From the NCBI RefSeq assembly GCF_017876815.1, contig NZ_JAGIOS010000003.1, forward strand, positions 1,140,001 through 1,172,000: a stretch of DNA of 32,000 nucleotides. Reading direction: 5' to 3'. The translations under genes were made by a program, and so were the position numbers. This DNA is from Sinorhizobium meliloti. GTDB lineage: Bacteria > Pseudomonadota > Alphaproteobacteria > Rhizobiales > Rhizobiaceae. The notes below the pieces were generated by a model, which searched no databases, was not told the origin of the DNA, and saw nothing but the letters and a program-made list of their open reading frames with translations. This document shows positions 18,185 through 25,955 of this stretch, in pieces (the first letter of the stretch is position 1; each line of letters begins with the position of its first letter).

Positions 18185-19159
18185 TTAGCGCAGACCCTGC
18201 TTCGCCAGTTCGAGGATCGTCGGCACGTCCTTCGGAGTGACGATGCCCTGCCCCGTATCGACGTCGGAGGGTGTCAGGCCCGCGGTTTTCCAGAGATAGG
18301 CCTGCATGACCGGGATGAAGCCCTGCATGTAGGGTTGCTGGTCGACCCGCACCTGAACATAGCCGGCCTCCATCTGCTGCAGCACCTCGGGCACGAGGTC
18401 GAAACCGCCGAGCAGGACCTTGCCGGGCTCGATGCCGCGGTCCTTCAGAACCTTGGCGACACCGGCATGCCAGTAGCCGGTATCGAAATAGGCGGTCGTG
18501 TCCGGGTTGGCATTGAGATAGGCGCCGATACGGTCGGCGGTCAGCGCGAGGTCGGTCGCCGAATCGATGCGGGTGATGTTCACCTCGCGGTCGGAATGCT
18601 CGGCCTTGTACTCCTCCAGAAATTTCGTGACGCCGCCGGCGCGCTGCTCGGACCAGGTCTGGCCCGGCGCGTTGACGCCGACCAGCAGGTTGAGCGGGCC
18701 GTCCTTCGGGAAGTTTTCCGACTGGGCCTTGGCGAGCGAGTAACCGGCCGCGGTGAAGCCCTGGCCGATGAAGGCCTTACGGGCGTTGCCCTTGGCGCCT
18801 TCGCTGTCGTCGACATTGACGGCGAGCACCAGAATGCCGGCGTCGACGGCTTCCTTGATCACGTTGTCATAGGCATTGTTGTCGACGATCGCGACGAAGA
18901 TCGCGTCCGGCCTCGAGGCGATCGCCGCCTGCAGATTGGCGACGGCCTGCTCAACCGCGCCTTCCGTCTGCGTGAGGATCAACTGGCACGAGGCCCCGAC
19001 CTTTTCGCAGGCGTCGTCATAGCCCTTCTTGACCGCCTGCCAGAATGTGTTCGAGGCCGACGAGTGGCTGATGAAGGCGATGTTGAGACCTTCCGCGCTG
19101 GCGGCTGGAGCCATCAGCGTCAGCCCGAGGGCCGTTCCTGCTATCAATTTCCTGATCAT
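18185..19159 (-). CDS. Sugar ABC transporter substrate-binding protein (Peripla_BP_4, CUT2)
   Basis: 324 aa with a signal peptide (MIRKLIAGTALGLTLMAPAASA) and ribose/fructose-binding-protein-like sequence character. Confidence 0.88.
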   Translation of the reverse strand: MIRKLIAGTALGLTLMAPAASAEGLNIAFISHSSASNTFWQAVKKGYDDACEKVGASCQLILTQTEGAVEQAVANLQAAIASRPDAIFVAIVDNNAYDNVIKEAVDAGILVLAVNVDDSEGAKGNARKAFIGQGFTAAGYSLAKAQSENFPKDGPLNLLVGVNAPGQTWSEQRAGGVTKFLEEYKAEHSDREVNITRIDSATDLALTADRIGAYLNANPDTTAYFDTGYWHAGVAKVLKDRGIEPGKVLLGGFDLVPEVLQQMEAGYVQVRVDQQPYMQGFIPVMQAYLWKTAGLTPSDVDTGQGIVTPKDVPTILELAKQGLR

Positions 19160-19204
19160 GATGCGTTACCTCCCGTTGAACATCGATCATATTGCGGCGG
19201 CCGG

Positions 19205-19897
19205 TTACCCGGTGCCGTCGAAGAATTCCTCCCGCGATCGCGCGATCTCGGGCAGTGATTTCAAAATCTCGCGCAGATGCATGCGCAGCGCCTGCTCGGC
19301 CCCGCCGACATCACGTGCCGCGATCGCGTCTACGATGCGCTCGTGCTGTTCGATCAGACGGCCGATCTGCAGGTCGTCGACGCTCAGGAACCGGACGCGG
19401 TCCATCTGCGCCTTGACGCTTTCGATGACGCTCCAGGCATAGGCGCGGCCGGCGGCCGTTGCGAGCGTGTGGTGGAAGAGTTCGTCCAGTCGCAGGAATG
19501 CAGCGCGATCGTCATGCGGCACCTGCTTCTGGCGAGCGATCTGTTCGCGCAGTTCGTCGACGATCGCCGCCGGATGCTCGCCGGCGACCTGGCGCACGAT
19601 GTCGGCCTCGATCGCCTCGCGCACGAAGCGCACGTCCATGACCGATGCCGTCGAAATTCGCGTCACATAGGTGCCGCGTTGGGGCAGCACCTGTACCAGC
19701 CCCTCCTCTGCCAGCTTGATGAAGGCTTCGCGAACCGGTTGGCGGCTGATCGATAGGCTTCTTGCTATCTCCGCTTCGGAGATACGCGCGCCGGGCACCA
19801 GCTCCGCCTGGATGATCTGCTCGCGCAGGATGCGATAGACCTGCGGACCGACAGCCTCGATCGCGGACAGAACGCGCTGCGGTTTGATGTTCTGCAT
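19205..19897 (-). CDS. GntR-family transcriptional regulator, FCD (FadR C-terminal domain) subfamily
   Basis: 230 aa with a wHTH ...ISEAEIARSLSISRQPVREAFIKLAEEGLV... and a helical FCD domain. Clear paralog of the 22028-22717 product (VRFVREAIEADIV vs AQFVREQLELAIV; QMDRVRFLS vs HMDRVRRLS). Confidence 0.9.
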   Translation of the reverse strand: MQNIKPQRVLSAIEAVGPQVYRILREQIIQAELVPGARISEAEIARSLSISRQPVREAFIKLAEEGLVQVLPQRGTYVTRISTASVMDVRFVREAIEADIVRQVAGEHPAAIVDELREQIARQKQVPHDDRAAFLRLDELFHHTLATAAGRAYAWSVIESVKAQMDRVRFLSVDDLQIGRLIEQHERIVDAIAARDVGGAEQALRMHLREILKSLPEIARSREEFFDGTG

Positions 19898-19970
19898 TCG
19901 GCCCCCCCTCCAAGCTCCCGGCGGCTATTGGCCTACTACCATACAAGTCAGTCGAACTTCAATCCTCGAT

Positions 19971-21161
19971 CTAGGAACTGCGCCGCGACACCTCGAATTT
20001 CCGGTCGAGATCGGGAGCGAGATCGACCCCGTGCCCCGCCCCCGGCGGGATGGTGATCATGCCGTTCGTCACAGTGGGCAACTGCGTCGTAAGGTCGGCG
20101 TACCAGGTCTTGTAATAGGCACGCACGCTTTCCTGGACGAGAGCGTTCGGCGCGTTGAGCGAAAGGTGCGTCGACGCGGCGAGCACCACCGGTCCGGTGC
20201 AATCATGCGGCGCGACCGGCAGGTGCCAGGCTTCCGCCATGGTGGAGATCTTCTTTGCCTCGGAAATCCCGCCGCACCAGGAGAGATCGAGCATTACGAC
20301 CCCGGCCGCATCCGTTTCCATGAGGTCGCGGAAGGCCCATCGCGTCGCGAGCGTTTCCGACGCGCAGAGCGGCGCGCGGCTTGCCGCCGCGTAGCGCTTC
20401 AGACTGGAAAGCGAGTCCATCTTGATCGGGTCTTCGTGCCAGAAGGTGGCATAGGGTTCGAGTGCCCGGGCGATCTGGATGGCGGGCGTCAGTTGCCACA
20501 TGGAGTGGAACTCGACCATGATGTCGATGCGGTCGCCGACGCGCTTGCGGATCTTCTCGAAGGGCTCCAGCGCCTTGCGCAGGTCCGGTCCGGAAATATA
20601 CTGACCGCCGCTCTTCTCCGCGGCGATATCGAACGGCCAGATCTTCATGGCCGTGATGCCCTCCGACAGGAGGTCCTCGGCGAGTTCGTCCGCCCGTTCC
20701 AGAAATCCGTTCAGGTCGTCATAGTCGCGCCGCGGGCCGCCGATGCCGTAATTTGCCGTCTGCTGGCCCTTGGCGTCGCGCATATAGGTGTTGCCGGCGC
20801 AGGTGTTGTAGGTGCGGATCTCGCGGCGCGAGAAGCCGCCGAGAAGCTGGGCGATCGGCAGGTTCGTCGCCTTGCCGAAAAGGTCCCAGAGGCCGATGTC
20901 CACCGCCGAATTGCCGCGCATCTCGGCCCCGGTCGACCGGAAGCCGAGATAGCCTGTCAGATCCTTCGAGATGCGATCGATCTCCAGCGGGTCGCGCCCG
21001 ACGAGTTTCGGGGCCACCACCTCATGGATGTAGGTCTCCACGGTCTGCGCCATGAAGAAGGTCTCGCCAAGTCCGACAAGCCCCTCGTCCGTGTGGATGC
21101 GGACCCAGAGAATATTGGGAAAGTCGCGGACGCGGACCGTTTCTAATTCCGTGATCTTCAT
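19971..21161 (-). CDS. Enolase-superfamily acid-sugar dehydratase (mandelate racemase/galactonate dehydratase-like)
   Basis: The track start is TTG 21167. I prefer ATG 21161 (MKITELETVRV...), 2 nt after the upstream GntR stop. Motifs are ...IHTDEGLVGLGET..., MVEFHS, WHEDP, CASETL, MLDLSWCGG and VAPHDC, in the order expected for the DgoD/ManD-like group. Confidence 0.85.
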   Translation of the reverse strand: MKITELETVRVRDFPNILWVRIHTDEGLVGLGETFFMAQTVETYIHEVVAPKLVGRDPLEIDRISKDLTGYLGFRSTGAEMRGNSAVDIGLWDLFGKATNLPIAQLLGGFSRREIRTYNTCAGNTYMRDAKGQQTANYGIGGPRRDYDDLNGFLERADELAEDLLSEGITAMKIWPFDIAAEKSGGQYISGPDLRKALEPFEKIRKRVGDRIDIMVEFHSMWQLTPAIQIARALEPYATFWHEDPIKMDSLSSLKRYAAASRAPLCASETLATRWAFRDLMETDAAGVVMLDLSWCGGISEAKKISTMAEAWHLPVAPHDCTGPVVLAASTHLSLNAPNALVQESVRAYYKTWYADLTTQLPTVTNGMITIPPGAGHGVDLAPDLDRKFEVSRRSS

Positions 21162-21163
21162 GC

Positions 21164-21898
21164 TCAATAAACTCCTGCCGCCAAAAGCGCCTTTACCGTC
21201 AGATCGAAATGCTCGACCATCGCCTCCTCGCCTTTCGCCGGATCGCCGTTGGCGATGGCCTGCGCGATGGTCATGTGGCCGTCGATACTTTCCTGCCGCG
21301 TCTCATTGCTGCCGCGGCTCGCCCAGCCGATCGGCCAGGTATGGCGCGTCACGACATGGAAGGAGCCGACGATCAGCGCGAACATCGGGTTGCGGGACGC
21401 CGTGCCGATCGCTTCGTGAAAGGCGATATCGTGTTCCATCACCCTGACGGGCTGGTCGAAATCCCGCTGCATCGCTTCGGCAAGCGCGAGGATTTCGCCG
21501 GCCTCCTTGTCGGTGCGGCGCATGGCTGCCAGCACGACGGTGCGGCGCTCGACGGTCCGGCGGACATCGAAAATCTGCTGGATCGTCACCTGGTCGGTAT
21601 GCACCGCATGGTCGGTCACCAGTGCCAGCACGTCCGCCTTGGGCGCGGCCACCCGCGGACGCCGGCCATTACCGATGTCGATCAGCGTCAGCGCGGCAAG
21701 CGAACGATAGGCCTCGCGCACGACGCTGCGGGAAACGCCCAGCTTTTCGGCGAAGGCCCCCTCGCTCGGCAGCGAGTCGCCGACCTGAAGACCGTTTTCG
21801 CGAATATGGGCCTTCACGGCGGTCATGACGCCGCCGAGCAGCCCCTCCGCGCCGGAACGTCCGGATGTGGACTCTTCCTCTGCCCTAAGCTCTATCAA
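21164..21898 (-). CDS. GntR-family transcriptional regulator, FCD subfamily
   Basis: wHTH ...LPSEGAFAEKLGVSRSVVREAYRSLAALTLI... plus an FCD domain. The track ORF extends to 21967. I propose a TTG start at 21898 (GGAGG 6 nt upstream), because the 5' extension contains a 17-bp perfect palindrome. ATG alternatives are 21826, 21943 and 21967. Confidence 0.8.
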   Translation of the reverse strand: MIELRAEEESTSGRSGAEGLLGGVMTAVKAHIRENGLQVGDSLPSEGAFAEKLGVSRSVVREAYRSLAALTLIDIGNGRRPRVAAPKADVLALVTDHAVHTDQVTIQQIFDVRRTVERRTVVLAAMRRTDKEAGEILALAEAMQRDFDQPVRVMEHDIAFHEAIGTASRNPMFALIVGSFHVVTRHTWPIGWASRGSNETRQESIDGHMTIAQAIANGDPAKGEEAMVEHFDLTVKALLAAGVY

Positions 21899-21909
21899 AT
21901 TGGACCTCC

Positions 21910-21926
21910 AACCTATCAGATAGGTT
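21910..21926. promoter_or_regulatory. 17-bp perfect palindrome AACCTATC-A-GATAGGTT abutting the RBS of the GntR gene; candidate autoregulatory operator
   Basis: Read directly. It ends one nucleotide from the GGAGG at 21905-21909. The 1-nt centre rules out an RNA hairpin. Confidence 0.45.
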
Positions 21927-22027
21927 TGTGTTAACCTGTGCATAGATTTGCCTTCGGCTGTTGTCAATGCCGAATTGCAAGATCTCTTTGGGGGGTGCTA
22001 CGGAAGCAACCGCTCGACTGAAGCGTC

Positions 22028-22717
22028 CTAACGGGCATCGCCTGCGGCATCCAACGCGAAATAGGACGAAAACCGCTGCGAAAGCTCGCCCAGATCGACC
22101 ACCGCGCGCCGCAGATGCAGCCGCATGATCTCCTGGGCCTTGGTTGCGTCTCCTTCGCCCACCGCCTTGAGAACGCGCCGGTGGTCCTCGACCAGTTGGT
22201 CGAGTTGCCCCGCCTGTATCGACAGACGGCGGACCCGGTCCATATGCTTCTTGGCATCCGAGATGAAGGCCCAGACTCCGTCGCGGCCCGCCAGGCTGCA
22301 GTAAAGCGCGTGCATGCGTTCGTCGCACTCGAAAAACAGGTCGGGGTTGTCCTCGAGGATGGCGAGCTCCTGCTCCTCAATGGCCTGCCGGATGCCGAGT
22401 AGGACGCGGCGGTTCGATTGCTGCGCCGCCTCGGCAACGATCGCCAGCTCCAGCTGTTCGCGAACGAACTGGGCGGTCCTGACCGCGTCCATGCGGATCG
22501 GCGCCACCACGACGCCTGCCCGTGACCGGAGATCGACAAGTCCTTCTGCACTCAGCCGCGACAGGGCCTCGCGCACGGGCGTACGACTGACCCCGAGGAG
22601 GCCGGCCAGCGCATGCTCGCCGATCGGCTCGTTCGGCTTCAGTTCGAGTCCGATGATCTTGCGCGAAAGCGTGCGGTAGCAATGCTCCGCGGCCGAGATT
22701 TTTATGTCACGCGTCAT
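22028..22717 (-). CDS. GntR-family transcriptional regulator, FCD subfamily
   Basis: 229 aa with a wHTH ...IGEHALAGLLGVSRTPVREALSRLSAEGLV... and an FCD domain. Divergent from the lactonase operon across a 210-bp intergenic region. Confidence 0.9.
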   Translation of the reverse strand: MTRDIKISAAEHCYRTLSRKIIGLELKPNEPIGEHALAGLLGVSRTPVREALSRLSAEGLVDLRSRAGVVVAPIRMDAVRTAQFVREQLELAIVAEAAQQSNRRVLLGIRQAIEEQELAILEDNPDLFFECDERMHALYCSLAGRDGVWAFISDAKKHMDRVRRLSIQAGQLDQLVEDHRRVLKAVGEGDATKAQEIMRLHLRRAVVDLGELSQRFSSYFALDAAGDAR

Positions 22718-22739
22718 AAACTGAGAGTCCTATGTATTT

Positions 22740-22749
22740 TTGCATGCAA
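22740..22749. promoter_or_regulatory. TTGCATGCAA perfect palindrome; candidate GntR operator 1
   Basis: It lies 23 nt upstream of the GntR start codon at 22717, within the divergent intergenic region. It shares the TTGCAT half-site with 22830-22847 and 22902-22907. Confidence 0.4.
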
Positions 22750-22829
22750 TCTGTCATTGCGGGCAGAATACGCTGACGGCGTTCCGTTTTCTACTCGCCA
22801 TTGATGCTCACTTGACGCTATCCAATATC

Positions 22830-22847
22830 TTGCATACAAGAATGCAA
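22830..22847. promoter_or_regulatory. TTGCATACAAGAATGCAA (TTGCAT-N6-ATGCAA inverted repeat, containing the near-palindrome TTGCATACAA); candidate GntR operator 2
   Basis: It lies about 80-100 nt upstream of the lactonase start. It follows a CTTGAC -35-like hexamer (22811-22816) at -10 spacing, so binding here would occlude a promoter. Confidence 0.4.
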
Positions 22848-22927
22848 ACGAGATCTGGGAGTACACCGATGGCCGATCGCAAGCGGCGACGTCCCGCGAC
22901 GTTGCATAACGGATTCATGACGCGGCC

Positions 22928-23863
22928 ATGAGTGCCACGGTTTCCCTGCTCCTTGATGCGAAGGACATCGTCGGCGAGAGCATCCTTTGGTCCGGGGACG
23001 AGAAGGCGCTTTACTGGGTCGATATCGTCGGCAAACGCATCCATCGGCTCGAACCGGAAAACGGCCGTCATGACACGTGGCCGACGCCGGACTTCGTGAC
23101 GTCGATCGGCATGCGGAAGGATGGCGGGTTCATCGTCGGCCTCAGCCGCAACGTCTGCCTGTGGACGCCCGACGGACCTTTCGAGGAGTTTGCCGTGCCG
23201 GAGCCGGATCTGCCGGAAAATCGGCTCAACGAGGGTCGCGTCGCACCGGACGGTTCCTTCTGGGTCGCGACGATGCAGAGCAATCTTGACGCAGGCGGCT
23301 CACCGAAGGACATGGACCGGCAATCGGGCGCGGTCTACCGCATCGATCCCACCGGTCACGTGTCGCAGCTCACGCCTAACGAATACGGCATTACCAACAC
23401 CATGGGCTGGACGCGGGACAACCGCTTCTTCTTCGCCGACACGCTCGCGAACGAAATCTACGTGTTCGATTGCGATCTTGCCGCCCGGAGGATCGACAAC
23501 CGGCGCACCATCGTGGCCGGCTTCGCACGCGGCCTGCCGGACGGCTCCTGCCTCGATGCGGACGACCGGCTCTGGAACTGCCGGGTAGCGGGAGGCGCGG
23601 CCGTCGCGGGATTCGACGGAGCCGGCCGCCTCATGCAACTGATCGAGCTGCCGGCAAGCTGGCCGACGAGCTGCACATTCGGCAGCACTGACCTTTCCAC
23701 CCTCTACGTGACCTCGGCGCGTTTCACCATGACGAACGATCATCTCGATATGCATCCGCTGGAGGGCGGGCTCTTCGCGGTCGAGGGCGTGGGGCGCGGC
23801 GTCGAAGAGCCGAAATTCGGGCAGGCGTCCGACAAGTTCCCCTCTGTTTCGGAGACAGCGTGA
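22928..23863 (+). CDS. SMP-30/gluconolactonase/LRE-family lactonase
   Basis: 311 aa. ...GESILWSGDEKALYWVDI..., ...NEGRVAPDGSFW..., ...NTMGWTRDNRFFFADT... and ...PDGSCLDADDRLW... match six-bladed-propeller sugar lactonases. Confidence 0.88.
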   Translation: MSATVSLLLDAKDIVGESILWSGDEKALYWVDIVGKRIHRLEPENGRHDTWPTPDFVTSIGMRKDGGFIVGLSRNVCLWTPDGPFEEFAVPEPDLPENRLNEGRVAPDGSFWVATMQSNLDAGGSPKDMDRQSGAVYRIDPTGHVSQLTPNEYGITNTMGWTRDNRFFFADTLANEIYVFDCDLAARRIDNRRTIVAGFARGLPDGSCLDADDRLWNCRVAGGAAVAGFDGAGRLMQLIELPASWPTSCTFGSTDLSTLYVTSARFTMTNDHLDMHPLEGGLFAVEGVGRGVEEPKFGQASDKFPSVSETA

Positions 23864-24648
23864 TGAGCGATTTCAACGGCAAGAGCATTGTCGTCACCGG
23901 CGGCAGCCTCGGCATGGGTCTCGCCTGTGCCCATCGCTTTGCTGCGGGTGGCGGCAAGGTGACGATCGTGGCGAACGACAAGGCTTCGGTCGACGAGGCC
24001 GTGGCTTCCATCGGGGACAATGCCGCCGGGTTCGTCGGCGACGTCCGCTCCAAGGGCGACATGGAAGCGGCGGTTCAGGCCGCGATGTCGCGCCATGGGG
24101 GCGTCGATATTCTTGCCTGCTGCGCCGGCATCCAGCGCTACGGCACCGTGGTCGACACACCGGATGAGGTCTGGGATGACGTTCTCGACATCAACCTGAA
24201 GGGCATCTTCCTCGCCTCCAAGTTCGCAATTCCCGAAATGCGCAAGCGCGGCGGCGGCGCGATCGTCGCCATTTCTTCCGTGCAGGCCTATGCTTCGCAG
24301 ACGGGCGTCGCCGCCTATACGGCGAGCAAAGGCGCGATCAATGCACTCGTGCGCGCCATGGCGCTGGATCACGCCCGGGACAATATCACTGTCAATGCCG
24401 TCTGCCCCGCCTCCATCGATACCCCGATGCTGCGCTGGGCCGCCGATCTGTGGAAAGGCGAAGGCACCGCCGAGGCGACCCTCGAAGCCTGGGGCAAAGG
24501 ACATCCGCTCGGACGCGTCGGCAAGTCCTCCGAAGTCGCCGAACTTGTCGCCTTCCTTGCCAGCGACAAGGCCCGCTTCATCACGGGCGCCGACATCAAG
24601 ATCGACGGCGGCGTTCTTTCCAAGCTCGGCATCGTCATTCCAGATTGA
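23863..24648 (+). CDS. SDR-family oxidoreductase
   Basis: The ATG at 23863 overlaps the lactonase TGA (TGATG); the track lists GTG 23860. Motifs are TGGSLGMG, catalytic YTASK and ...ITGADIKIDGG. Confidence 0.9.
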   Translation: MSDFNGKSIVVTGGSLGMGLACAHRFAAGGGKVTIVANDKASVDEAVASIGDNAAGFVGDVRSKGDMEAAVQAAMSRHGGVDILACCAGIQRYGTVVDTPDEVWDDVLDINLKGIFLASKFAIPEMRKRGGGAIVAISSVQAYASQTGVAAYTASKGAINALVRAMALDHARDNITVNAVCPASIDTPMLRWAADLWKGEGTAEATLEAWGKGHPLGRVGKSSEVAELVAFLASDKARFITGADIKIDGGVLSKLGIVIPD

Positions 24649-24662
24649 CCGGAAGGCCCGTC

Positions 24663-25859
24663 ATGAAACCGCTTCCCGATTTCCGCTCGAAAGACTTCCT
24701 GATCGCGCATATGCGCGAGATCATGGATTTCTACCATCCGATCTGCCTCAACGAGGAAGACGGAGGCTATTACAACGAATACCGCGACGACGGTTTCATC
24801 ACCGACCGGAAGACCCAGCATCTCGTCTCCACCACGCGCTTCATCTTCAACTATGCGACCGCCGCGGTGCTGTTCGAGCGCCCGGACTTCGCGGAAGCGG
24901 CCGCCCATGGCGTAAAATACCTCGACGAGGTTCATCGCGATCCGGTGCATGGCGGCTATTTCTGGCTGATGCACGGCCGCGATGCGGCGGACGCGACGAA
25001 GCATTGCTACGGCCACGCCTTCGTGCTGCTCGCCTATGCGACGGCAATGAAGGCCGGAATTCCCGGTATGGACGCCCGGGTTTCGCAGACCTGGGATCTT
25101 CTCGAAAGCCGCTTCTGGGAGCCGGACCGCGAACTCTACAAGGACGAAATCTGCCGCGACTGGGGGGCGACTTCGCCCTATCGGGGCCAGAACGCAAACA
25201 TGCACATGACCGAGGCGATGCTCGCGGCCTATGAAGCGACCGGCGAGATCCGTTACCTGGACCGCGCCGAAACGCTCGCGCGGCGCATCTGCGTCGAGCT
25301 TGCCGCCAACACTCAAGACGTGGTCTGGGAGCATTACCGCCAGGACTGGTCGGTCGACTGGGACTACAACAAGGACGATCCGAAGCACCTCTTCCGGCCC
25401 TACGGCTACCAGCCGGGCCACATGACGGAATGGGCCAAGCTGCTCCTGATTCTCGAGCGCTATCGCCCTCAGGACTGGATCCTGCCGAAAGCCCTCCTTC
25501 TCTACGAGACGGCAATCGCGAGAAGCGCCGATCTCGAATTCGGCGGCATGCATTACAGCTACGGCCCCGACGGCAAGCTCTACGACCTCGACAAATATCA
25601 TTGGGTCCATTGCGAAACGATTGCGGCCGCGGCCGCGCTTGCCGGGCGCACCGGCCGGGAGCGCTACTGGCAGGATTACGATAGGCTCTGGCGCTACAGC
25701 TGGCGGCACCTGATCGATCACGAATATGGCTGCTGGTTCCGCATTCTCTCGCCCGACGGTGTGAAGCAGAGCGACATCAAGAGCCCTTCAGGCAAGACCG
25801 ACTACCATCCATTCGGTGCCTGCTACGAAATCCTGCGCGTGCTGGGGGAGGCGCAATAG
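24663..25859 (+). CDS. AGE-superfamily (N-acylglucosamine 2-epimerase fold) enzyme, YihS-like aldose-ketose isomerase subgroup
   Basis: The track ORF 24450-25859 is trimmed to ATG 24663 (MKPLPDFRSKDFL...). YRGQNANMHMTEA, NKDDPKHLFRPYGYQPGHMTEW and KTDYHPF parallel E. coli YihS segments [35 protein letters not shown] and KQDIYH, as I recall them. Confidence 0.8.
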   Translation: MKPLPDFRSKDFLIAHMREIMDFYHPICLNEEDGGYYNEYRDDGFITDRKTQHLVSTTRFIFNYATAAVLFERPDFAEAAAHGVKYLDEVHRDPVHGGYFWLMHGRDAADATKHCYGHAFVLLAYATAMKAGIPGMDARVSQTWDLLESRFWEPDRELYKDEICRDWGATSPYRGQNANMHMTEAMLAAYEATGEIRYLDRAETLARRICVELAANTQDVVWEHYRQDWSVDWDYNKDDPKHLFRPYGYQPGHMTEWAKLLLILERYRPQDWILPKALLLYETAIARSADLEFGGMHYSYGPDGKLYDLDKYHWVHCETIAAAAALAGRTGRERYWQDYDRLWRYSWRHLIDHEYGCWFRILSPDGVKQSDIKSPSGKTDYHPFGACYEILRVLGEAQ

Positions 25860-25955
25860 GAGGGGGCCGTTTCCCGCCCGCGCCGACCGGGCGGGCGGTT
25901 GCCTGCCGCATTCCGCTCTAACCTCCGCACCAGACAGCCTGCATTGGAGCCTCCC

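Noticed and set aside
19940-19947. 8-mer CATACAAG shared between the leader of the 19205-19897 GntR gene and the 22833-22840 operator candidate, as a possible common half-site for the paralogous regulators.
   Set aside because: A shared 8-mer between regions of about 70 and 210 nt on both strands is expected roughly 0.4 times by chance. There is also no palindromic partner at 19940, so this is not enough to call a site.
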